64,000 nucleotides of DNA, from assembly GCA_964252035.1 (NCBI GenBank), contig OZ176207.1. The stretch is one strand, 5' to 3'. Positions 47,801-57,509 of the stretch are shown piece after piece. The notes under the pieces were generated by a model. That model made no database searches and had not been told where the DNA came from. It was given only the letters and a program-made list of their open reading frames with translations. The translations under genes were made by a program, and so were the position numbers. This DNA is from Podarcis erhardii (lineage: Eukaryota). Each line of letters begins with the position of its first letter. Position 1 is the first letter of the stretch.

Positions 47801-49618
47801 ACTCTTTCCTCCAAAACAACTTTTGGAATCTCTTCTTTTACTATTCTACACTAGGAAGAGAGGTTATGTAGGACCTAAGGCTTCATTCATACTTTATACT
47901 AAGCTATAGTTTTGGATTCCTGCACTTCTCTTTTTCTTCTCACAGTCATGCAGAAGAGGAGATCATAAGTTTTTGCTTCTGTTTTCAAGTAACTGTAGTT
48001 ATTCAGTATGTTGAACCAAGAACTGTGGTTAGTGTTAACTATAGTTAAGGAAATGCAGTAGGATTCCCTAAACCAGAATTAATATCAACAGTTTGTCCAG
48101 ATTCAGATATTACTGGTTGGTGGGAAATGGAAGCAAAAGCTTGTGATTGGTGGTGGGGGTAACATTACATGCAAACACAACCTACATCTTGGAGATATTT
48201 CAGCAATTATTTCTTCTCTCTCATGACTTCTGGCTTAGAATGCATAATCTGTGCAACTAGCTCAGGATTGGATATACCTGTACATATTCCAGAACTGTGA
48301 GGCTTTTAGCTTGCATCAGTAATTTATGAGGCATTACTGTATAAACATGACTTGAAAGCCATTGCCTCCAAGATACCTTTAAAGAGTTGCATGATTTGGG
48401 CAACAGAACTTTATTTTACCTTCTATTCTCTTAAATATGTCTTCCCCCGCCTTCTTTTTAATGAACCAGAATTTCTTAGATGGGTCTATGAGAAGACTCG
48501 TTGGCCACTAGTCCCATTGTATGGAAACTTCCCTGTCAAACTACGCACATATATTGGAGATCCTATTCCATATGACCCAAATGTCACTGCTGCAGAACTG
48601 GCAGAAAAAGTAAGTTTTTGTTTTCATAATGCTGAAGTAGCAAAGTTACTATCCTAATCCTAAATAATTGTAGTGTAATATTCCTATGTTCTGAATACAG
48701 TTATGGAAACATCCCAAAGAGCCATGGGATGAAGCTGATTAATTTCATTGATTTTGAGGTGAACTGCCAAGATTGCCCAGCGGTATGCTAAATCAGTGGA
48801 GAACATTTTGGGAGGTTGTGATTTGAGAATGGGAATGGGAAAAGGTGAATTTGACCTGGCTGAGATAAAGATGCAAAGAACTAAAGAAACAAGAGAGTGC
48901 AAGGACAGTAGAATAAGGAATAATGAGAGATGGGAGAAGAGTGTCACATATCTCCTTTTGAAGATAGACCTTACAAGCTTTAAAATACATTTGTTGAAAC
49001 ATATCCAACTTGAATCTTGCTATTCTGGACTCACAGCCAGAAATTTCTCTTATTCCATTCTTGGTCATGATGCTAGAGTGTATTGTGACTTCTCAGCTTC
49101 AGGTTTTTCTGGATGATTCAGCCTGTCATTAGGCTGGGTTAAGGAAGAGGACCAAGTTTACCTTGCTACGCATATGGGGTATTATTAGAGAACAAACATT
49201 AGATTTCTTGTGGGTTTTGTTGCATATTTTGGGTCTGGACCCCATGTTAACTATTTAGCTTTGCTAACTATATGCTATAAATCATTGGATAGAAAGCATC
49301 AGAATTCTAACTTCAACCCACCTGACAGTTGCTAATACTTCGTACTCCATTTTGTGCATTTGCATCTCACAGTTGTTTTGTAATTTTGAAATTAAACTGC
49401 TGGTATCTTGGGTTTTTATTGCTACTAAAAGGGCTAAATGCTGGTTTTAATTTTAATCTGTGACTGACTGAAAGCTGTTACAATAATGAGCTATTTTCTT
49501 TTTGACCTTATAGGCAAAAAATGCAATACAATGTTTAATAGACAAACATCAGAAAATACCAGGAAATGTATTTAGAGCATTGATGGAACGATTTGAAACA
49601 CAGAAAAAAGAAGACTAG
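35502..49618 (+). CDS. TMEM68: TMEM68-like paralog C (exons 35502-35829, 42951-43115, 44751-44944, 46687-46747, 48470-48609, 49514-49618; 993 nt, 330 aa)
   Basis: Six exons splice in frame. The N-terminus MIGRNESCG resembles human MIDKNQTCG (from memory); FYHGATPIDF, VVADHFVF, SPGGVREALF and GFAQVAIDAKV motifs are present. Confidence 0.95.
38413..38759 (-). mobile_element. Sauria SINE
   Basis: Reverse complement of the SINE at 3957; 11-bp TSD TAATGGACTGA at 38402-38412 and 38760-38770. Confidence 0.93.
41380..42100 (-). mobile_element. L2 LINE ORF2 C-terminal remnant
   Basis: IPILRTLHWLTACYWAYFNVLVLVYKA...AFSVAAP matches the L2 C-terminal pattern HITPxLxxLHWLP...FKxLxLxYKA...AFSxAAP. Confidence 0.75.
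42951..43115 (+). CDS. TMEM68: Paralog C catalytic-motif exon (165 nt)
   Basis: cAG at 42949-42950, donor GTaaaa at 43116; GYEVHGLEKIPDGPALFIFYHGATPIDFFYF...VVADHFVFSLPG. Absent from the ORF track. Confidence 0.93.
44307..44565. mobile_element. Tc1/mariner MITE (CCGTATTTTTCGC family)
   Basis: TA-CCGTATTTTTTGCTCTATAAGAC...CTTATAGAGCGAAAAATACGG-TA. Confidence 0.9.
44751..44944 (+). CDS. TMEM68: Paralog C exon (194 nt)
   Basis: cAG at 44749-44750, donor GTgagt at 44945. Confidence 0.93.
45739..46094. mobile_element. Tc1/mariner MITE (CCGTATTTTTCGC family)
   Basis: TA-CCGTATTTTTCGCTCTATAAGAC...CCTATAGAGCGAAAAATACGG-TA. Confidence 0.9.
46687..46747 (+). CDS. TMEM68: Paralog C exon (61 nt) PIIPLFTQNVRESVRTFGGI
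   Basis: cAG at 46685-46686, donor GTaagc at 46748. Confidence 0.93.
48470..48609 (+). CDS. TMEM68: Paralog C exon (140 nt)
   Basis: cAG at 48468-48469, donor GTaagt at 48610; FLRWVYEKTRWPLVPLYGNFPVKLRTYIGDPIPYDPNVTAAELAEK. Confidence 0.93.
49514..49618 (+). CDS. TMEM68: Paralog C last coding exon (105 nt including TAG)
   Basis: tAG at 49512-49513; AKNAIQCLIDKHQKIPGNVFRALMERFETQKKED*. Confidence 0.93.
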   Translation, partial: AKNAIQCLIDKHQKIPGNVFRALMERFETQKKED

Positions 49619-51339
49619 TGTCTTTTTGGGTTCACAAATAGTTGTAAAATATTTTAAAATTATGTTTATGATGTGATGTAATATTTGAGAAAAATGCTAT
49701 TGTATTTTACTTTCTTTACAGTTGTACAGTTTTACAGAAAAACAAGTTATTTCCCCAAAAGATCCTTGTTAAATCTGGAACTTGGGAATCTTACTCTTTA
49801 GGTACCAACACAAAAATTTGATATATTTTTAAAAGCACAGTTGTACCTTGGAATAAGCTATAAAATGGCTTTTTTGGTTTGTTGAAAATATATGAAATTT
49901 CCATACAAATTTTATTTAAATTGAAGATAACATTAGGATGTATTTGAACATTATAGTTGTGTCCATTTCATGTCTCGTGTGGTGTAACAGAGATTTTCCA
50001 ATCATGATAAAGTCCTTAATTATATTTATTAACATTTGTGAAATGAAGATGATGCTATTGCTGTCAAACTAAAACTGCAATAATACGCATGGGTACCTGG
50101 GAGTAAATCTTACTGAACTCAATGGAGTCTGGCTTCTGAGTATACACGCATAGGATTGCACTGTAAGGGTGCTTAGAAAAGGCCCTGTGGATGCCATAAT
50201 TTTACCATGTGTAAGGAACATTTAACTTGCATTACCTTCATTTGAAATCCCTAGAAATGCAAATTCCATCACAATTTGCTGTGCTGCAAAAGTATTTATT
50301 TGGAATTCCATGAACTTGCATTGCTGAGTTTTGCCTCTTTGTAGAGGGAGAGTATTCCCTCTAATACATCCCTTCAAAGGTTTTCTCTTTTTTCCATCTT
50401 TGGTGGTGGCTGAAGGTTTAGAATTTCCATAGACACTCTATAATAAGGAAAGCAAGCAGGATTAATACTATACAATTGCACAGTTCTTTAGCCCAAAAGA
50501 GCAGTAGTTGGATAGCCATATGCATCAGAAAAATTCCAAAACATGGCGAGTTTTAGCACTTTAGAAGGATGTGAATGCACTGAAAATTGTGTGGACCAGT
50601 GCTGTGCCAGATGGAAACTTAGCTAATTCACATAGCAGCCGCAGTTATCTCTCCCCATATATTATGAAAGCTAAGTGGTGGGTGTATAGATACTGCCCCA
50701 TTTGTGATGGCAGCGTTGAAGCCACTGAGAGTTGTTGGGAGACTGGCTCCACATAACGGCCTTAACATTTATTTAAAAAAAAATTATGCACTGCTTCCGG
50801 GTTAAAAACACGCAGCTGGAAGTTGTTTACAAAAAAATTAAAACAAGCAAACAAAAAAATTAACAGCAATAATGTAAAACTTCCAAAAAGGTAAAATAAC
50901 AATAGACCAGAAACATATTTGAAAAACCACCTGGCGCTCTTATGTAGAGAGTGCATTTTGGCACCAACTGCTGGCAGAAATATATGACAATACTGTGAAA
51001 GCCTGATAAATATCTTGCATGAAACCACGACCACACAAGCATTTTCCTGCCAAAATGGATAAAGAGGCCCTGGATGCAAAATGATAGGTCAACATGTTTA
51101 TCCTTGGAATTGTATTCCAACTTTGTCTGTAGTAAAACTAGTAATATTTAATGCTTTAATTAGGTTGTTTTTTTTAAGTACTTTTAAAATTTGTTGGCTT
51201 ATTTAACCTGAAGAGAGCTGGTTTGTGCTCCATAAATTGATGAGTTATACTGAACTTTCAGTGATGTGACTTCTGTTTAAATACCCGCTTTCAGGATAAT
51301 AGCAATTCTGATATTTAGGTGTAAATACTTGAGTGGTAG

Positions 51340-51677
51340 GGACACAGGTGGCGCTGTGGGTTAAACCACAGAGCCTAGGACTTGCAGATCAGAAGGTCGG
51401 CGGTTCGAATCCCCGTGACGGAGTGAGCTCCTGTTGCTCGTCCCTGCTCCTGCCAACCTAGCAGTTCGAAAGCACGTCAAAGTGCAAGTAGATAAATAGG
51501 TATCGCTTCAGCGGGAAGGTAAACGGCGTTTCTGTGCGCTGCTCTGGTTTGCCAGAAGCGGTTTAGTCATGCTGGCCACATGACCCAGAAGCTGTACGCC
51601 GGCTCCCTCGGCCAATAAAGCGAGATGAGCGCCGCAACCCCAGAGTCAGTCACGACTGGACCTAATTTGACCTTTAT
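51340..51677 (+). mobile_element. Sauria SINE
   Basis: Full head and body; 11-bp TSD TTGAGTGGTAG at 51329-51339 and 51678-51688. Confidence 0.93.
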
Positions 51678-53668
51678 TTGAGTGGTAGCTTATTTCCTAA
51701 ATTGATATGCTACTTTTAAACATTCCAGAATAACTTGCCATGCTCATTTGTACTTCTTAAAATTAATATTTATATATTTAGCTTATTTGTTATTTTGCAG
51801 AGTTTATCTTTATTTTGTAGGTTTAGCTTAAGTAAAGCTACTTTAAAAATTGTCAGGAGCAAACTCCAGCTGAAGATGCTGTAAAATAGACTTTTTCAGT
51901 ATACTTGAATACTAATCTGCATTGATTTGGAATATGTGAAATTGAGTTTTACATTACTTTTCAGATTTTAATATGTGTAAATAGGGCCTCACCCAAAACT
52001 CTTCAGGAGATCAATGTGTACTTCTTCTGGTCAGGGTAGGCCTTCCTGTTCAGTGAACATTTGAGCACTTATCTGCGCCTATCAGAAGATTGCTAGATTC
52101 AGGTTAGAATTGAGCTGCCAGAAAATTAAATTGGTTTGTTAAAATACATTTGTGGGCACTGATTTCTCTCTCAAGTGCCTAAATAAATGGGATATGGTAT
52201 GATTTTGCTTTTTAAAAATGGTCCCATGTCACAATCTTGCAACAAATGTAAACCTGATGATATGAATAATGATGCAATTACATCCGGATCCAGTTTACTT
52301 TCTCTTGCATTAAAAAACAGTGGCAGCTCTAATACCAATTAAAAGTGAATGATAAGACAAATGACATTTTTAGAAACCTCTTTCTTTCTGTGATTGTAAG
52401 TTGTTTTAAACTGATCTTGACATTGTGTTTGAATTGCTGTAGCCAGTCCTGGGACCTTAGGGTGAAGGATGCATAATAAATTTTAATACTGTATGGAAAA
52501 CAGCTCAGGTGGTTTCTGTTGACTTGATCAGATGTCATACTAGTGCAGTGCAAACATTATAGTTATTTGTCCTTGCCCACAACTCCTTGCTGGAGTTCTG
52601 ATGTATATAGAAAAGCTGTCACATGCAGCAGCTTCTTGACAACAGCGCAGGTTGTAGCCAAAAGTGATTGAAAGAGCCTGTATGTATCTCAGAATGTATA
52701 ACTGTATGAAGATATGTGTGCTCAATTCTGGTGTGTGAGAGACAGAGAAGAGAGAGAACGATTGGGTGGTGGTGGCAAATATAACAGTAAGTTGTTTTTA
52801 AAAATAATGCAATCTCATGCTGAACTGCAATTGTTTGTGTTACAAACCTGAAAAAATGGTACTGGTACATTCCTTCATTTTTAAAAAGTATTGAATTGAG
52901 TATCAAAGCAAAATGCAGTATAATTATTATGGTCAATTAACATATCTCAGTTAGTTTTTCCACATTCTGTTTTCTGCATATTTGTATGGTATTCTGTGAA
53001 GTTTTTTTTTTAAACTGCAGAATAAAGTTGAAATGGCAACTACAACAAAAATCCTGTGTGTTTTTCTTAATGCTTATAGTTTTCTTGAATAATAAATAAA
53101 AATAAATAACTGAATAAAATGAACTTTCAGCCAGTTTCAGATAAACAAGCACAGATGTGTATCACTACTAGAGTAGACAGAAACACCAATAATATACCCA
53201 GGCATATTGCAGACAACTAGCCTAGCAAGTGTTCAGTTGTGTTAAATGCATAACGATTTTGCAGGAAGGCAATTATCTACTGTTAGAGTTCCTCTCTTTT
53301 TAACGCTGAAAAGAAAGAATGTCTAGACAGTTTGTCAACTTCTGTCAGGAATGTGATAATCATTAGACTAATTAGTTTGAAAGCCAAATTAGGCATCAAA
53401 TGTAGGATGGCATGGATAAGGTGAGGACAGCGTTCAAGAGTGTCTTCCTTTGCTTGTGCAGGGGAGCCGCACCAAGTTGACATATTCAGCTCTCTCCTTC
53501 AGAATCCAAGCCAATGGCGTCTGTTATATTGGAGGGAGGGGGTGGGAAATAAGTCGTCTTATGGCATTTGAGGGCGTAAGGCTAGCTGCTACATTTTTAA
53601 TGTTGGTTTGTTTCTCTATTGAAGATTTTTAATCCCTCTAATTTGCATGCAATTTTAGCAATGTAATT

Positions 53669-54821
53669 GTTGTTGTTTAGTCGTTTAGTCGTGTCCGACT
53701 CTTCGTGACCCCATGGACCAGAGAACGCCAGGCACTCCTGTCTTCCACTGCCTCCCGCAGTTTGGTCAGACTCATGTTTGTAGCTTCGAGAACACTGTCC
53801 AACCATCTTGTCCTCTGTCGTCCCCTTCTCCTTGTGCCCTCCATCTTTCCCAACATCAGGGTCTTTTCCAGGGAGTCTTCTCTTCTCATGAGGTGGCCAA
53901 AGTATTGGAGCCTCAGCTTCACGATCTGTCCTTCCAGTGAGCACTCAGGGCTGATTTCCTTAAGAACGGATACGTTTGATCTTCTTGCAGTCCATGGGAC
54001 TCTCAAGAGTCTCCTCCAGCACCATAATTCAAAAGCATCAATTCTTCGGCAATCAGCCTTCTTTATGGTCCAGCTTTCACTTCCATACATCACTACTGGG
54101 AAAACCATAGCCCTTTACTATACAGACTTTGGTGGCAAGGTGATGTCTCTACTTTTTAAGATGCTGTCTAGGTTTGTCATTGCTTTTCTCCCAAGAAGCA
54201 GGCGTCTTTTAATTTCGTGGCTGCTGTCACCATCTGCAGTGATCATGGAGCCCAAGAAAGTAAAATCTCTCACTACCTCCATTTCTTTGCCAGGAGGTGA
54301 TGGGACCAGTGGCCATGATCTTCGTTTTTTTGATGTTGAGCTTCAGACCATATTTTGCGCTCTGCTCTTTCACCCTCAATAAAAGGTTCTTTAATTCCTC
54401 CTCACTTTCTGCCATCAAGGTTGTGTCATCTGCATATCTGAGGTTGTTGATATTTCTTCCAGCAGTCTTAATTCCGGCTAGGGATTCATCCAGCTCAGCC
54501 TTTTGCATGATGAATTCTGCATATAAGTTAAATAAGCAGGGAGACAATATACAGCCTTGTCGTACGCCTTTCCCAATTTTGAACCAATCAGTTATTCCAT
54601 ATCCAGTTCTAACTGTAGCTTCTTGTCCTACATAGAGATTTCTCAGGAGACAGATGAGGTGATCAGGCACTCCCATTTCTTTAAGAACTTGCCATAGTTT
54701 GCCGTGGTCGACGCAGTCAAAGGCTTTTGCATAGTCAATGAAGCAGAAGTAGATGTCTTTCTGGAACTCTCTAGCTTTCTCCATAATCCAGCGCATGTTT
54801 GCAATTTGGTCTCTGGTCCCT
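53669..54821 (-). mobile_element. Bov-B LINE 3' part (RT domain with YADD, frameshifted) of a 5'-inverted insertion
   Basis: ORFs encode GTRDQIANMRWIMEKAREFQKDIYFCFIDYAKAFDCVDH...NLRYADDTTLMAESEEELK and MVFPVVMYGSESWTIKKA...; (AAC)n tail at the left end. Confidence 0.95.
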
Positions 54822-56353
54822 TCATGGATCACTGCCTTGCCGTGGCGAAGGGGCTTGAATAACTCAGAGAAGCTATGAACTATGCGGCTTACTGCAAACT
54901 CAACCACCTGACAATTGATCATGGAAAATCAAAAGTACTGGTCTTTACCAGGTCTCGGAAAACTTACAGCTGGAAGTTAGATGGAGTCCAATTAGAACAG
55001 GTTTTCAAATTTAAATACCTGGGAGTCTTTTTTCACTATAACCTAAGCTGGAAGCCACAGATACAGTATTTACTGAACAAAGGGAAAACAATACTTTACA
55101 CTCTACTCCAATTTTTTGCGGCCGACGGAGCCTCCCACATCCCTTCTGCATTGAAGGTGTACCACGCAAAAGTGGTTTCCACCCTCTGTTATGCTGCCCC
55201 GCTCTGGGCCCCAGGGTCCAATTTAACATCGCTGGGGACATTGCAGAATCAGTTTCTCCGTCGCCTCCTGAAACTCCCCATGTGTGTGAGCAATGCAGCC
55301 ATACATCTGGAGTTAAATATTGCATCATTGGAGACGGTCATCTGGAAGCGAGTCTTTGGCTATTGGCTGTCCAGCTGGCATAGGCTTCCCGACCATTACC
55401 TCTTTCAGTGCCTCTGGTGGGATGACTTTGTTAACCCATGGGTAGGAAAAATCCATGCCAAACTTTTGAGCATCGGAATTTCCCCAGCGGACTCCTTAAA
55501 GATGAACCTACGCTCAGCCAAAAGCCTTATCGAGCAAAGATTAGCAGACATTGAAAATCAACACAACCTCTCCAGGGGTGGGGGTGTCTGCTCTCCCAGG
55601 TATCACGGAATAACCCCACCACTTGGCCTTCCATCATACATGTCATCTCTTTCATCTGCACCACACCGACTTGCATTTATTCGTGCAAGGTTCAATGTTT
55701 TTCCATCGAACCTGTTGAGCTACAGATTTTCCAAGGGTTTGGTGTCTCCGCTATGCGAGTGTGACGGGAAAACATTTGAATCTCTTCCTCATATAATGTT
55801 CAACTGTCCCTTACATAGCATAGCTAGGACTAAATTCCTGGGTCCTGCTTTACTGCGCTTGGTTGGCAGGCCTGTTGAGTCACATGCCGCACTGCTCTTG
55901 CAGGATACAGATCCTTCTGTAACTCTGCAGGTGGCGAGATTCCTGAATGCAGTTATCTCACACACAAAAACCACCAAAAAAACCCAACAACAACAAAAAC
56001 TAATCGGACAGTCATGATGAAAGTGCATGACGGATCTCGTCTCCAGTTCTCCTTTTTCTGTGAACCGTCCCTTGGATCTTTCCGGGCCCCAAGCCGTTAC
56101 TGTCACTGTTCAATGACCCACCCTTGCATCGTGGTGTTCCCCTTCTGTTGTTAGATGTATTGGTTTTTATGCTTCTGTGCTTTTATGTTTGTACATATTT
56201 TATGGGCTAATAGCCGTAAAATAAATAAATAAACTATGCCAAGCAGGGCACCCAAGATGAACAGGTCATAGTGGAGAGTTTTGACCAAACGTGATCCACC
56301 TGGAGGAGGAACCGGCAAGCCACTGCCAAGAAAACTCCATGGACAAAGACAAC
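54822..56353 (+). mobile_element. Bov-B 5' end in inverted orientation, split by a nested LINE (54822-54885 and 56232-56353)
   Basis: tcatggatcactgccttgccgtggcgaaggggcttgaataactcagagaagctatg continues after the insert as aactatgccaagcagggcacccaagatgaacaggtcatagtggagagttttgacc. A 12-bp TSD AGCAATGTAATT at 53657-53668 and 56354-56365 brackets the whole composite. Confidence 0.8.
54886..56231 (+). mobile_element. 5'-truncated non-LTR retrotransposon (L2/RTE-X-like ORF2 C-terminus with CCHC knuckle) nested in Bov-B
   Basis: Open frame to 56017 with KSKVLVF...EQVFKFKYLGVFF (RT thumb) and LCECDGKTFESLPHIMFNC; (AAAT)n tail; 8-bp TSD AACTATGC at 54878-54885 and 56232-56239. Clade assignment is tentative. 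Confidence 0.85.
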
Positions 56354-56574
56354 AGCAATGTAATTATGTTATTTTGTTTTATTCTTTATGAACCTTTCAA
56401 TTGTAAGCCAGCTTAAGAAGCCCTTTGATTTTGAAAGGCAACACACAAGTTGCAATAATAATAACTAATAGTAATAATAATAATTCTGCCTATTTACTGG
56501 ATCTAGGATGGTAAATTAATCCCAGTTGCTGGGAATCATAGGAAAACAGTGCTTTCATGCTCATGCTCATGCTC

Positions 56575-56850
56575 ATGTGCTGTGCAGCGCTCCGTCTCGC
56601 TGTTCTGGCTTCGGGGACAGCCTTTGAAGCCTCCGCAGGGCAGCGGGGTGCCTTCTCTCCGGTGCCCTGCGGAGGCTTTGCGCAGCTAAACCCAAGCTAG
56701 AACAGCGAGACAGAGCGCTGCACAGCTCTCCGTCTCCCTGTTCTGGCTTTGGGCTTAGCCGCGCAGCCTGCATTCACTCTATAGGACGCACACACATTTC
56801 CCCTTAATTTTTGGAGGGGAAAAGTGCATCCTATAGAGCGAAAAATACGG
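56575..56850. mobile_element. Partial Tc1/mariner MITE (CCGTATTTTTCGC family, right end only)
   Basis: Ends CCTATAGAGCGAAAAATACGG-TA; the left TIR is absent and is replaced by (ATGCTC)n. Confidence 0.75.
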
Positions 56851-57509
56851 TATTCCTAGTAAAGAGTTTAGGATCCTACAAGCTACTTGGCATTGAGACA
56901 CCTCAGCCTCACACACCATTGTTATTGTTAACATTTACTAAGGAGTGGAAACCTCAGACTTTTTGCATGAAAAAGAAAATGAAATAGTGGCACTTGGATT
57001 TGAGGATTGAAGATAATGTTTGTTTATAGAAAGTGGTATTGTTTGGTGTTATACTGGAACAGATTAAGTGAATATTGTTTATATATAATGGACAGACAAA
57101 GAACAGGAAGTTCTTTAGTTTTTTCTCTCTCTTTTAATACCTTTTATATTTCTTTTTCTTAATCTTTCTTTCATTCTCTCCCCCCCCCCCTTCTATGTTT
57201 TTATCTTATTTAATGTTTTAGTTTGGACAAAAAAGGATATTTTATATTAAGCTTTGTATTTCTCCTTATAAACTCTAGTAAATTCTATTATATATAAAAA
57301 TAAATTGCTGCAGTTTTGGGAGGAAATTCTTTCCAGCAGAAACCGTGGTTGGATTGTGGAAGCAGCTAATAATTGTGTCTCAGATATATGGACTCTTTGT
57401 GTTGACATCCATGCCAAATCTAGATCCCTGAAGACTTACCGTTGCACAGTTGCTCAATCTTTTGAAACAGAATGCATTTACAAGCAGATGACAACCCATT
57501 AAAAGACTC

